In this document: piece after piece, positions 39,019 to 49,212 of the stretch
Position numbering within the stretch: the stretch's first letter is position 1
Layout: each line of letters starts with the position of its first letter
NCBI GenBank assembly: GCA_022711115.1
Contig: JAKLFP010000004.1
Coordinates: 112,648 to 176,647 of the forward strand
Reading direction: 5' to 3'
Length of the DNA stretch: 64,000 nucleotides
DNA from: Candidatus Omnitrophota bacterium
GTDB lineage: Bacteria > Omnitrophota > Omnitrophia > Omnitrophales > Aquincolibacteriaceae
Program-made: the position numbers and the translations under genes
Notes under the pieces: model-generated
The model's input: the letters and a program-made list of their open reading frames with translations, nothing else
Databases searched by the model: none
What the model was told of the DNA's origin: nothing

Positions 39019-40422
39019 ATGAGTAAATACGTGTACGGACAAAGATTTCTTCCTAAGGATTCCTTGGAAGAATTGCATGCTGATTTTCAGGAGCACCGGA
39101 AGGTACGTGTGGCTGGCCGTTTAATGACGCGCCGGGACATGGGAAAAAGTACGTTTGGGGATCTGAAAGATGAGAGCGGCCGTTTTCAGATTTATGCCAA
39201 AAAAGACGTGCTAGGCGAAGAAAATTACAAGGCATTCAAAGATCTTTCTCTTGGGGATATCATCGGGGTGGAAGGGGAACTTTTTAATTCTAAGACCGGC
39301 GAGCATACGATCAAGGTTGAAAAGTTCGAGCAGCTTTCTAAGATCGTTCGCACCTTACCCGAAAAATGGCACGGATTGAAAGATGTGGAAACCCGCTACC
39401 GTCAACGTTACGTGGACTTGATTGCCAACGATGAGGTACGCAAGACATTCAAAATGCGCAGTCGGATCATCCGTGAGATTCGCACCTTTTTGGATGAACG
39501 GGGCTTTATGGAAGTGGAAACGCCGATGATGCAACCGCTCGCCGGAGGTGCGCGCGCCAAACCCTTCGTGACGCATCATCACACGCTTCACACGGATCTT
39601 TATCTGCGTGTGGCCCCGGAACTTTATCTCAAACGTCTTCTCGTGGGTGGGTTCGAAAATGTTTATGAAATTAATCGGAATTTCCGCAATGAAGGAATTT
39701 CGGTTCGGCATAATCCGGAGTTCACCATGCTGGAACTTTATCAGGCCTACGCGGATTACACGGACATGATGAATATTACGGAATCCATGATCCAGCATCT
39801 GGTGAAAATGCTTTATGGCAAGGATGAAATTCCTTACGGTGATAAAGTCTTAAATTTTAAAACGCCTTGGAAACGCGTTTCGTTTTATGGTGCGCTTCAG
39901 GAAGCAACCGGCATTGATTTTCGGAAGGCCAATGTCCGGGAAGCTGCGAAAAAACTTCATATCGAATGCGATGAGGATATGGAAGATATCGATGTTTTGA
40001 ACGAGATTTTCGGGGAAAAGGTCGAGAAAGATCTTTGGGATCCAACCTTTGTCATCGATTATCCGACCGTGATGACGCCACTTGCGAAAGCGAAAGCGGA
40101 AGATGCGGAGCTTGTCTATCGTTTCGAACTTTTCGTAGCGAAGATGGAGATCGCGAACGCGTTCTCGGAATTGAACGATCCGTCGGTCCAGCGACAGCGT
40201 TTGACCGATCAAAAGGAACTGATTGGAGAGAGTAAGGAAATTGACGAAGATTTTTTAGCGGCCTTGGAGTACGGGATGCCGCCCGCAGGCGGACTTGGGA
40301 TCGGCATTGATCGTTTGATCATGCTTCTTACAAATCAGGTTTCCATTCGAGACGTGATCTTGTTTCCTCAGCTTAAGCCCGAGAAAAAAGTGTCCGGGCC
40401 AGCAGATACAGAACTTCCGTAA
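39019..40422 (+). CDS. lysS: lysyl-tRNA synthetase, class II
   Basis: OB-fold N-domain. Class II motifs FRNEGISVRHNPEFTMLELYQAY and GLGIGIDRLIMLL. Confidence 0.95.
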   Translation: MSKYVYGQRFLPKDSLEELHADFQEHRKVRVAGRLMTRRDMGKSTFGDLKDESGRFQIYAKKDVLGEENYKAFKDLSLGDIIGVEGELFNSKTGEHTIKVEKFEQLSKIVRTLPEKWHGLKDVETRYRQRYVDLIANDEVRKTFKMRSRIIREIRTFLDERGFMEVETPMMQPLAGGARAKPFVTHHHTLHTDLYLRVAPELYLKRLLVGGFENVYEINRNFRNEGISVRHNPEFTMLELYQAYADYTDMMNITESMIQHLVKMLYGKDEIPYGDKVLNFKTPWKRVSFYGALQEATGIDFRKANVREAAKKLHIECDEDMEDIDVLNEIFGEKVEKDLWDPTFVIDYPTVMTPLAKAKAEDAELVYRFELFVAKMEIANAFSELNDPSVQRQRLTDQKELIGESKEIDEDFLAALEYGMPPAGGLGIGIDRLIMLLTNQVSIRDVILFPQLKPEKKVSGPADTELP

Positions 40423-40431
40423 GGAGTTTTC

Positions 40432-41739
40432 ATGAATTTCGAATTATTTATCGCATACAGACATTTAACAAGGCGGAGAAAAACCGGCTTTATCTCCATC
40501 ATTTCGCTTATTACGGTTGTAGGCATCGCGATCGGAGTGGCAGCTCTGATTATTGTGCTTTCGGTGATGACGGGTTTTGATAATGAGTTGAAGCGTAAAA
40601 TCGTGAGTGTCCAACCTCATTTGCGCATTGAAAAAATTGACGGGATCGAGGACGCGCCAGGGGACATCCAAAAGATCTTAGCCCACAAAATTCCGACCTT
40701 GAAATCTGTCGCCAGGATCATCGAAAAACAGGCAATCCTCCGAAGTAACCATGGCGCTCAGGGGATTGTGATTATGGGGATTGATACCCAGAATGAAGAT
40801 TTAACCTTTTATCAAAAAAATCTGGTGTCCGGTACGCTGGGTTTTCAGGATTCAGTTTATTCCGAGACTAAACGTAGTTGGTGGTTCAAAAAAACGACTC
40901 AGAAATCAAGTGTTTCCAGCATTATGATCGGAGATATCTTGGCGAGTCGGCTGAATGTGCAAGTCGGAGATGTGATTTATCTTGTGACGCCGGAACCTGA
41001 AAAACGGAATCTGCTTTTACCGCTTCCGGTAAATGTGAAAACCTGGCCAGTGATGGTCCGGGGGGTTTTCCATGTCGGGATGGTGGATGCCGATACGCAA
41101 CTGGCGCTTCTTAATCTCGAGACGGCGCAAAAATTTTATAACATGAACGGCAAGGTCATGGGGCTCGATTTGCGTTTTGAAAAGGTGGATGAAGCGGAGA
41201 AATGGAAATGGGTTCTCGCGGGTGATTTCTCGAATCAATATTTTTTGCGTTCATGGTATGACATGAATCAGCATTTTTTTCAGGCGTTGAAAGTGGAAAA
41301 GACCCTGCTGAGCATTTTGCTTTCCTTGATTATTGTGGTTGCGGCACTAAACATCATCTCCACTTTGATTATGGTTTCGATGGAAAAAACGAAGGATATC
41401 GGTATTTTGCGCGCTCTCGGCGCAACAAAGGGTGCGATTCGGAGGATTTTTCTGATCGAGGGGATTAATTACGGATTTTGGGGGCTTGTCATTGGCATCG
41501 GGCTTGGATTGATGGGTGCCTTCCACATTAACGATGTTTCAAATTTTATAAGAGACACATTCGGCTTCGAACTTTTCCCCAAAGATATCTATATTTTTGA
41601 CAAAATTCCCGCGGAGGTGCAATCGGGAGATGTCATCATGGTCGCTTTTTTCGCTTTTCTCATTGCGGTCTTTGCGGCTTTTTATCCGGCGCATCGTGCA
41701 GCCAATCTTGATCCCGTGGAGGCGCTGCGTTATGAATAA
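40432..41739 (+). CDS. lipoprotein-release ABC permease LolC/LolE family (FtsX-like)
   Basis: MacB/FtsX topology. N-terminus FELFIAYRHLTRRRK...SIISLITVVGIAIGVAALI. C-terminal permease helices. Confidence 0.85.
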   Translation: MNFELFIAYRHLTRRRKTGFISIISLITVVGIAIGVAALIIVLSVMTGFDNELKRKIVSVQPHLRIEKIDGIEDAPGDIQKILAHKIPTLKSVARIIEKQAILRSNHGAQGIVIMGIDTQNEDLTFYQKNLVSGTLGFQDSVYSETKRSWWFKKTTQKSSVSSIMIGDILASRLNVQVGDVIYLVTPEPEKRNLLLPLPVNVKTWPVMVRGVFHVGMVDADTQLALLNLETAQKFYNMNGKVMGLDLRFEKVDEAEKWKWVLAGDFSNQYFLRSWYDMNQHFFQALKVEKTLLSILLSLIIVVAALNIISTLIMVSMEKTKDIGILRALGATKGAIRRIFLIEGINYGFWGLVIGIGLGLMGAFHINDVSNFIRDTFGFELFPKDIYIFDKIPAEVQSGDVIMVAFFAFLIAVFAAFYPAHRAANLDPVEALRYE

Positions 41740-42433
41740 TGGCGATCGGCCGATTCTTGCGTCCTTTGACCTGAAGAAAAATTATGAAATGGAATCCGGT
41801 AAGCTCGAGGTGCTTCGGGGGGTGACGTTGGAAATCCGGAAAGGAGAGATGGTTTTTGTGACGGGAAAATCGGGCTCGGGAAAATCGACGCTTTTGCATC
41901 TCTTAGGCGGATTAGACCGGCCTTCGGGGGGGCAGATTCTTTTTGAAGACGAAGACCTGGCCGAAAAATCAGAGAAACAACTTGCAAAAATGAGGAGCCG
42001 TCGGATCGGTTTTGTGTTCCAATTCTATCATCTGTTGCCGGAACTTACGGTTTATGAAAACGTGCTGCTTCCGTCTTTGATCGCAAAGAAACAGGACCGG
42101 CCTTGGATCAAAGAAGTTCTGAAACGCGTCAAACTTTGGAGCCGGCGAACCCATTTTCCTTCAGAACTTTCGGGAGGTGAAAAACAGCGCGCGGCCATTG
42201 CCCGCGCCTTGGTCAATCGGCCCGAAATTGTTCTGTGTGATGAGCCGACCGGAAATCTCGATGAAGAAACAGCCGCTTCAGTCATGGAATTGCTCAGTGA
42301 GCTTCACAAAATGGAACTCCAGTCTTTTTTAATTGTGACGCATGATGAAGAAATGGCCAAGCGGGGGAATCGAACGCTTCGTTTGCACGAAGGGATTCTG
42401 GTTCCACCCGAAAAGACTTTTTCAGCGGTTTAA
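41732..42433 (+). CDS. lolD: lipoprotein-release ABC ATPase LolD
   Basis: Walker [10 protein letters not shown]. Signature LSGGEKQR. Walker [12 protein letters not shown]. Start ATG 41732 overlaps the lolC stop. Confidence 0.9.
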   Translation: MNNGDRPILASFDLKKNYEMESGKLEVLRGVTLEIRKGEMVFVTGKSGSGKSTLLHLLGGLDRPSGGQILFEDEDLAEKSEKQLAKMRSRRIGFVFQFYHLLPELTVYENVLLPSLIAKKQDRPWIKEVLKRVKLWSRRTHFPSELSGGEKQRAAIARALVNRPEIVLCDEPTGNLDEETAASVMELLSELHKMELQSFLIVTHDEEMAKRGNRTLRLHEGILVPPEKTFSAV

Positions 42434-42470
42434 AACTTTTTCTACCAACGGGGAGCATTTGAAATAGGAG

Positions 42471-43382
42471 ATGACTATGGAATTACAAATTTATATCGAC
42501 GGTAAATGGTATCCGAAAAGTGAAGCCAAAATATCAATTTTTGATCATGGTCTTCTTTATGGGGATGGTGTGTTTGAAGGGATAAGGGCCTATAACGGCC
42601 TTGTCTTTAAACTGGAGGAACATTTGCAGCGGCTTTGGGAATCTGCGCACACGATTATGCTGACGATCCCGGTGGATGTGAAAACCATGAGAACAGCGAT
42701 TGTAGAGACTCTTCGCAAAAATAAATTATTGGATGCGTACATCCGCGTTGTGGTGACACGGGGTGTGGGTGATCTCGGACTTTCACCATGGCTCTGTAAA
42801 AAAGCTACGGTTTTTATTATTACAGACAAAATCACGCTTTATCCGAAAAGCCTTTATCAGAAAGGTTTGGAAATTATTACCGTGCCGACGGTGCGGAATC
42901 TCCCGGAGGCCGTAAATCCATCGATTAAAAGTCTCAATTATCTCAATAATATCATGGCAAAGATCGAAGCCAAGAACGGTGGTTGTATGGAAGCACTTAT
43001 GCTCAATCACCAGGGGTATGTGACGGAATGTACCGGGGACAATGTGTTTATGATCAAAAAAATCGGCAAAGGGCATACGGTCAAAGATCACGTGCTTTTG
43101 ACGCCGCCGACTTATCTGGGTGCGCTTAAGGGCATCACTCGCCAAGCGATCCTCGAGATTGCGGCGAAGATCAAACTGCCTTTTGAAGAACGAATCCTGA
43201 CGCGGCATGACCTTTTCAATGCGGAGGAAGTTTTTTTGACCGGGACTGCGGCCGAAGTGATTCCGGTTGTAAAGATCGACGGACGCAAGATTGGAGAAGG
43301 GCAACCGGGCAAGATTACAAACCTGTTGCTCAAGGATTTTCATGAATTAACGCATAAAGACGGTGCGCGTTACAGCCTTTAA
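42471..43382 (+). CDS. class IV aminotransferase (branched-chain amino acid / D-amino acid aminotransferase family)
   Basis: FDHGLLYGDGVFEGIRAY, EVFLTGTAAEVIPV. 303 aa. Confidence 0.8.
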   Translation: MTMELQIYIDGKWYPKSEAKISIFDHGLLYGDGVFEGIRAYNGLVFKLEEHLQRLWESAHTIMLTIPVDVKTMRTAIVETLRKNKLLDAYIRVVVTRGVGDLGLSPWLCKKATVFIITDKITLYPKSLYQKGLEIITVPTVRNLPEAVNPSIKSLNYLNNIMAKIEAKNGGCMEALMLNHQGYVTECTGDNVFMIKKIGKGHTVKDHVLLTPPTYLGALKGITRQAILEIAAKIKLPFEERILTRHDLFNAEEVFLTGTAAEVIPVVKIDGRKIGEGQPGKITNLLLKDFHELTHKDGARYSL

Positions 43383-43403
43383 ATTGAGGCTAGAAAAACT
43401 CTT

Positions 43404-43925
43404 ATGATCTGCAATGTCTGCGGTACCAAAGAAGCAACGATTCATCTGACCGAAGTGATGAATGGTCAGATGTCTGAAGTCCATATTTGTGAATCTTGCG
43501 CGGAAGAAAAGGGCACTGAATTTAAAACCTATTTTAATTTCGGAGATCTTCTGGCGGGAGTTCCGGGTATCGAAGGGCTGATGGAAGGTGTGGGCAAAAA
43601 AACACCGCTGGTATGCAAGGATTGCGGGATGACTTATGAAGAGTTTGGCAAGAGCGGTCGCTTGGGTTGTGCGGAATGCTATCAGGCTTTTCAAAAACCT
43701 CTCGTGGCATTGATCAAACAAGTGCAGCGGGCGAATTATCATGTAGGGAAAAAGCCATCCCGGATTGCCAAAGATGTCAGGAATGTTCATGACCTGAGAC
43801 AACTTCAGGAAAAGCTCCGGAAAAGCATTCAGATGGAACAATTTGAAGAAGCTGCGCGTTTGAGGGATGCCATCAAACAGGCCGAGGAAAAAACGAAAAA
43901 AGGGAAAAAGACAAAAGATGAGTGA
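43404..43925 (+). CDS. mcsA: McsA-like protein-arginine-kinase activator (zinc fingers + UVR domain)
   Basis: Four CxxC pairs (CNVC..CESC..CKDCG..CAEC). C-terminal UVR motif EQFEEAARLRDAIK. Collinear with B. subtilis McsA. Confidence 0.85.
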   Translation: MICNVCGTKEATIHLTEVMNGQMSEVHICESCAEEKGTEFKTYFNFGDLLAGVPGIEGLMEGVGKKTPLVCKDCGMTYEEFGKSGRLGCAECYQAFQKPLVALIKQVQRANYHVGKKPSRIAKDVRNVHDLRQLQEKLRKSIQMEQFEEAARLRDAIKQAEEKTKKGKKTKDE

Positions 43926-44982
43926 GGTCGATCGATTTCTTAATCAACCGGTGAATTGGTTGAAATCCACAGGTCCGGAAAGTGATGTGGTCATCAGCTC
44001 GCGTTTGCGCATGGCGAGGAATTTGAAAACGTTTCATTTTTCAGGGCGCCTGGTGGCTGAAAAACGAGCGGACCTGATCCGGGAAGTTGGTGATGTGGTG
44101 AGAAACTCCAACTTTCTCAAAAAGGCATCTTATATTTTGGTGGATGGACTTTGCGAACTCGACCGGCAATTTCTCTTAGAACGGCATCTTGTCAGTCGGG
44201 AACTGATTGCCGAGGAAGGCAAATGTGCGGTTGCGATCACACCGGATGAAATGGTCAGTCTGATGGTGATCGAGGAAGATCATCTCCGGCTTCAGGTTTT
44301 TCAGTCTGGCCTTAATCTTTTGGAAACATGGCGGATCGCGGATGAAATCGATACGGAGCTTGAGAAAAAACTGGAATTTGCGTTCGATGCGACCCTCGGC
44401 TATTTGACAGCTTGTCCCACGAATGTCGGCACCGGTCTCCGGGCCTCATGCATGCTTCACCTGCCAAGCCTTGTACTGACGAAACAAGTGCATAAGGTGC
44501 TGCAGGCTTTATCTAAGCTGAATCTTGCGGTGAGGGGACTTTATGGCGAAGGGACGCAGGCAAGCGGCAATTTCTTCCAGTTTTCGAATCAGATCACCTT
44601 GGGACAGCCGGAAGAAGAAGTCATCAATAATCTAGAAGGAGTGATCCGTCAGGTCATTACACATGAACGCGAAGCCCGGGAATATCTCAAGAAAAAAAGA
44701 AAATCAAAAATGGAAGATCAAATATGGCGTGCCCTGGCGGCTTTAAAGGCAGCGCGTCTGATGTCGTCTTCCGAAGCCATCCAGTTGCTTTCACTTGTGC
44801 AGGTCGGCGTGGACGTCGGGATTCTTCAAGGGCAAGTGACCCATACGGACCTGAATCAGCTTTTTCTTTTGATCCAACCGGCTCATTTGCAGAAGACAAA
44901 TGGCAAGGAACTGAATACGACGGATCGTGATGCTTTTCGCGCCGATCGTATCCGGGAATATTTTTCTAAGGTTGTTCTTTAA
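43918..44982 (+). CDS. mcsB: protein arginine kinase McsB (ATP:guanido phosphotransferase)
   Basis: Phosphagen-kinase signature CPTNVGTGLRAS. Start ATG 43918 overlaps the mcsA stop by 8 nt. Confidence 0.9.
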   Translation: MSEVDRFLNQPVNWLKSTGPESDVVISSRLRMARNLKTFHFSGRLVAEKRADLIREVGDVVRNSNFLKKASYILVDGLCELDRQFLLERHLVSRELIAEEGKCAVAITPDEMVSLMVIEEDHLRLQVFQSGLNLLETWRIADEIDTELEKKLEFAFDATLGYLTACPTNVGTGLRASCMLHLPSLVLTKQVHKVLQALSKLNLAVRGLYGEGTQASGNFFQFSNQITLGQPEEEVINNLEGVIRQVITHEREAREYLKKKRKSKMEDQIWRALAALKAARLMSSSEAIQLLSLVQVGVDVGILQGQVTHTDLNQLFLLIQPAHLQKTNGKELNTTDRDAFRADRIREYFSKVVL

Positions 44983-45008
44983 ATCCAATGCAGCGGGAGG
45001 CGGAAGTT

Positions 45009-46697
45009 ATGAAAAAGTTTTTTGGCGTCTTCGCACTAGTTATTTTGTCCCATGGCAGTGTCTTTGCGGAGGATATCGAGGCTCAATCCCGTATCAGCCA
45101 AGTGACGGTTTATTCGTCGAGCGCTTTTGTAACCCGCTCGGCCAAGATCCCTCTGCCGCCAGGGGATAGCCGTGTTATTTTTGCCAATATCATTCCGGAC
45201 ATCGATGAGAATTCCTTGAGGGTTAAAGGAAAAGGTTCCGCCGAGGTAAAAATACTTGGGGCCCAAGTGAAACGGGCATATACCGAAGAGGCTCCTGCGG
45301 AAAGAGTCCAGCAGCTTCAGGCTCAAATTCAGAGTATGGAAGACCAGCATGCGAAGCTTGACAATGAAAAACTAGTTCTTACCGAGGAAAAACAATATCT
45401 CGATTCCGTGCGTCTCTATGCAAACCAGCAGATCCCAAAGGATCTGGTGACCAAAATGCCTCCGGCGCAGGAACTTGAAGCAACACTGAATTTTCTGGGT
45501 GTGAAATTAAGAGCAAATTTTGATCGAGGACAGGAGATCGACATTGCGCTTCGTGAAGGCCGGAAAAAACTTGACGCACTCAAGCGGCAACTAGGGGAAA
45601 TCTCGGGTTCAAGCAGGAACGTCAAACGTTCGATCGTCGTCGAGATCGAAGCTGCTAAGGCGGGCGATCTCGAGTTTGAAGTTTCTTATATGGTAAACGG
45701 AGCATCTTGGAATGCAGTTTATGATGCACGGACTGATTTTGAGAGGTCCGAGGTCGAACTTGTTTCTCATGCAGTGGTACGGCAAAGTTCCGGAGAAAAT
45801 TGGGAAGATGTGGCGTTGGTGCTTTCCACAGCCCAAGTCTCGGTCAGCGGGAAAATGCCGGATGTGAATTCCTGGTTTATCCGTCCCTATCAACCCCCAG
45901 TGCCTCTTCAGCGTAATAAGATGTATGCCGACAAATCGGAGCACCTTATGTCGATGGAAAGTGCCGTTGGCGTAGCAGGTTCTGCGCCGGCAGCATTGGC
46001 TGTCCATGTTCCCGAGAAGAGAGCTGTTGCGGAGAATCTTTACGCTATGGCGGAAGCCAAAGGTGTTTCCGTATCCTACAAGTTGACTCGGACAGCAACG
46101 ATCAAAACCGATGGAACGGATCACAAATTGCCTGTTTCTTCTCAAATATTAAAGGCAAGCTTTGAGTATTCCGCCTATCCTCGCATAACGCCTTTGGCGT
46201 ATCTCAGGAGTCTTGTGACCAATGCCAAAGACTTGCAACTGCTCGGGGGCCATGTGAATGTATTTTTTGAAGGGGATTTTGTCGGAACTTCCTGGATCGA
46301 AAGCATTGCCCCTGGCCAGGAATTCGATCTTTATATGGGGTCGGATGAGAATGTAAAAATCAAGCGGGAACTGCTAGAAAAGAAGGCCGATGATGTTCTG
46401 TTGGGCGGGATTCCGTCTCCGAATCGAAAAATGATTTATAAATACAAGCTTACGGCCGAAAATTATAAAACCAACGCCATCAAGATGCACCTTTTTGAAG
46501 CGATTCCTGTTTCCGAAGATGAGCGGATTAAGGTCAAAGTGACCCAACTCAGTGTAGAGCCGAAGCAAAAGGACTGGAAAGATAAAAAAGGGATTTGGCG
46601 ATGGGAACTTCAATTGGAACCAAAGGCAAAGCAGGAAATTTTTTATACATGTACCGTGGAATTTCCGCGGGATATGCGTGTGGAAGGACTTGAGTAA
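45009..46697 (+). CDS. secreted coiled-coil protein, possibly DUF4140/DUF4139 (MuiA-like) family
   Basis: Signal peptide. N-terminal beta-rich region (VTVYSSSAFVTRSAKIPLP), long coiled coil, C-terminal beta-rich domain. Family assignment is from recollection only. Confidence 0.45.
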   Translation: MKKFFGVFALVILSHGSVFAEDIEAQSRISQVTVYSSSAFVTRSAKIPLPPGDSRVIFANIIPDIDENSLRVKGKGSAEVKILGAQVKRAYTEEAPAERVQQLQAQIQSMEDQHAKLDNEKLVLTEEKQYLDSVRLYANQQIPKDLVTKMPPAQELEATLNFLGVKLRANFDRGQEIDIALREGRKKLDALKRQLGEISGSSRNVKRSIVVEIEAAKAGDLEFEVSYMVNGASWNAVYDARTDFERSEVELVSHAVVRQSSGENWEDVALVLSTAQVSVSGKMPDVNSWFIRPYQPPVPLQRNKMYADKSEHLMSMESAVGVAGSAPAALAVHVPEKRAVAENLYAMAEAKGVSVSYKLTRTATIKTDGTDHKLPVSSQILKASFEYSAYPRITPLAYLRSLVTNAKDLQLLGGHVNVFFEGDFVGTSWIESIAPGQEFDLYMGSDENVKIKRELLEKKADDVLLGGIPSPNRKMIYKYKLTAENYKTNAIKMHLFEAIPVSEDERIKVKVTQLSVEPKQKDWKDKKGIWRWELQLEPKAKQEIFYTCTVEFPRDMRVEGLE

Positions 46698-46737
46698 TGC
46701 TTATTTTTTATCATAGGACTAGATCCGGAGGTTAAAA

Positions 46738-49194
46738 ATGTTTGATCGTTTTACAGAAAGAGCACGCAAAGTCATTATCCTCGCCAAGGAAGAGGCAAAA
46801 AGATTTAATCACGATTATATCGGGACGGAACATATTCTGCTTGGACTCATCAAGGAAGGGGAAAGTGTTGCCGCAGCTGTTCTTCAGAACCTAGGCCTTT
46901 CGCTTGACACAATCCGTTTGGAAGTTGAAAAACTCGTTCAGTTTGGTCCCAGTACGGTTGTTTCCGGAGATATCCCTTTTACGCCGAAGGCTAAAAAAGT
47001 GATAGAACTCGCCATGGATGAAGCGCGTCGTCTCGGACACAACTATATCGGGACAGAACATTTACTTCTTGGACTCATCAAAGAAGGTGAGGGTGTGGCC
47101 AGCCATGTGCTGATGAATGTCGGGCTTGATCTCAATAAAGTCCGGGCCGAGGTGATTAAACTTTTAGGGTCGACGACCCCGAGCGGAGAACCCGGGATGC
47201 CTCCTCCGGGAATGGGACCCGGCGGCGGAAGTAAAGCTAAAACAAAGACGCCGGCTCTGGATGCTTTTGGCCGGGATTTGTCCCAACTTGCGCGCGAAGG
47301 GAAATTGGACCCGGTGGTGGGTCGAGCGGATGAAATTGAACGCGTGATCCAGATTTTGGCACGGCGCACCAAAAATAACCCGGTTCTTTTGGGTGAAGCG
47401 GGTGTCGGAAAAACGGCGATCGTGGAAGGTTTAGCGCAAAAAATCATTGCAGGCGATGTGCCGGAGATCCTGATCGATAAGCGCATTGTGGTATTAGATC
47501 TTGCGCTGATGGTGGCCGGAACGAAATACCGCGGTCAGTTCGAAGAACGTATCAAGGCCGTGATGGATGAAATCCGTCGCACGGATAACGTCATGATTTT
47601 TATTGATGAGTTGCATACACTTGTCGGTGCCGGAGGCGCGGAAGGAGCAATCGATGCGTCGAATATTTTAAAACCGTCACTTTCCCGAGGCGAAATTCAA
47701 TGCATCGGGGCCACAACGCTTGATGAATACCGGAAATATATCGAAAAAGACGCGGCCTTGGCGCGCCGGTTTCAGACCGTGGTGGTGGATCCGCCGTCCG
47801 TCGATGATACGATTCAGATTTTGAAAGGATTGCGGGATAAATATGAGGCGCATCACCGTGTTAAGATTACGGATGAAGCCTTGGCGGCTGCCGCAAAACT
47901 TTCGGACCGCTATATTGCCGGCCGTTTTCTTCCGGACAAAGCGATCGATATCATCGATGAAGCGGCTTCGCGCGCCAGGTTATCCGTAACAACCCTGCCG
48001 AAGGATTTAAAAAAAGTGGAAACCGAGATCGAATCGTTGCGTCGGGAAAAGGAAGCTTCCATCAAAGCGCAGGATTTTGAAAAAGCCGCCAGGATGCGTG
48101 ACGAAGAACGCAAGGCCAAGGAAGAACTCCAGAGAATGAAAAAAAGCTGGAAGGAATCCAAATCTGAAGTGGAGATTCAGGTCAATGAAGAAGACATTGC
48201 CTTTGTGGTTTCAAAGTGGACCGGTGTGCCGCTGGCCCGGCTGGAAGAAAAAGAAACAGCGCGGCTTCTGAAAATGGAAGAAGAGTTGCACCAGGCGGTT
48301 ATCGGCCAGGATGAGGCGATTCGCGCGATTTCGAATGCGGTTCGCCGTTCCCGTTCCGGTCTTCGCAACCCGCGCCGTCCCATCGGGACTTTCATCTTTT
48401 TGGGACCTACGGGCGTTGGCAAGACGCTCCTCGCCCGCGCTTTGGCCTCTTTCATGTTTGGAGACGAGGATGCGGTGATTACAGTGGATTGTTCCGAATA
48501 TAGCGAGAAGTTCAATGTATCGCGGCTTGTGGGAGCCCCTCCTGGATATGTTGGCTATGAGGAAGGTGGGCAGCTGACGGAAAAAGTGAGACGCCGCCCT
48601 TATTCCGTGGTGCTTTTGGATGAAATTGAAAAAGCTCACCCGGATGTTTTTAACATTCTTCTCCAATTGATGGAAGAAGGGCGTTTGACGGATTCGTTCG
48701 GCCGCAAGGTGGACTTTCGCAACACACTTCTGATCATGACCTCCAATGTCGGTGCGGATCTCATCCGGAAACAGGGGGATTTAGGTTTCCAACCGCAAAA
48801 AGAGGAAATGAATTATGAAAGATTGAAGCAGAAACTCTTGGACGAGACGAAGAAGGTTTTTCGTCCGGAATTTTTAAATCGTGTAGATGATATCATCGTG
48901 TTTCATCCTTTGTCGCGGCAGGATCTTGAGCAGATCATCCATATTGAATTGAAAGAAGTCATGGATCGGCTCAAAGATAAGAAGATGGATATTACGCTGT
49001 CCGACGAAGTTCTTAAATTCCTTATTGATCAAGGGTATGACCCTGTTTTTGGGGCTCGTCCGCTGAAACGGACGATCCAGCGTTATATAGAAAACGTTCT
49101 TGCAGAGGAAATCCTTGAAGGAAAATTTCAGGAAGGCGATAAAATACGGGCGGAACTTCGGGGCGAAAGAGTTGTCTTCGAAAAGGCGACATAA
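46738..49194 (+). CDS. clpC: ATP-dependent Clp protease ATP-binding subunit ClpC
   Basis: Two Clp_N repeats. Two AAA+ modules (GEAGVGKTA, GPTGVGKT). Middle UVR motif QDFEKAARMRDEE diagnostic of ClpC. Confidence 0.95.
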   Translation: MFDRFTERARKVIILAKEEAKRFNHDYIGTEHILLGLIKEGESVAAAVLQNLGLSLDTIRLEVEKLVQFGPSTVVSGDIPFTPKAKKVIELAMDEARRLGHNYIGTEHLLLGLIKEGEGVASHVLMNVGLDLNKVRAEVIKLLGSTTPSGEPGMPPPGMGPGGGSKAKTKTPALDAFGRDLSQLAREGKLDPVVGRADEIERVIQILARRTKNNPVLLGEAGVGKTAIVEGLAQKIIAGDVPEILIDKRIVVLDLALMVAGTKYRGQFEERIKAVMDEIRRTDNVMIFIDELHTLVGAGGAEGAIDASNILKPSLSRGEIQCIGATTLDEYRKYIEKDAALARRFQTVVVDPPSVDDTIQILKGLRDKYEAHHRVKITDEALAAAAKLSDRYIAGRFLPDKAIDIIDEAASRARLSVTTLPKDLKKVETEIESLRREKEASIKAQDFEKAARMRDEERKAKEELQRMKKSWKESKSEVEIQVNEEDIAFVVSKWTGVPLARLEEKETARLLKMEEELHQAVIGQDEAIRAISNAVRRSRSGLRNPRRPIGTFIFLGPTGVGKTLLARALASFMFGDEDAVITVDCSEYSEKFNVSRLVGAPPGYVGYEEGGQLTEKVRRRPYSVVLLDEIEKAHPDVFNILLQLMEEGRLTDSFGRKVDFRNTLLIMTSNVGADLIRKQGDLGFQPQKEEMNYERLKQKLLDETKKVFRPEFLNRVDDIIVFHPLSRQDLEQIIHIELKEVMDRLKDKKMDITLSDEVLKFLIDQGYDPVFGARPLKRTIQRYIENVLAEEILEGKFQEGDKIRAELRGERVVFEKAT

Positions 49195-49212
49195 AGTAGA
49201 GAGTTCGTTCCC

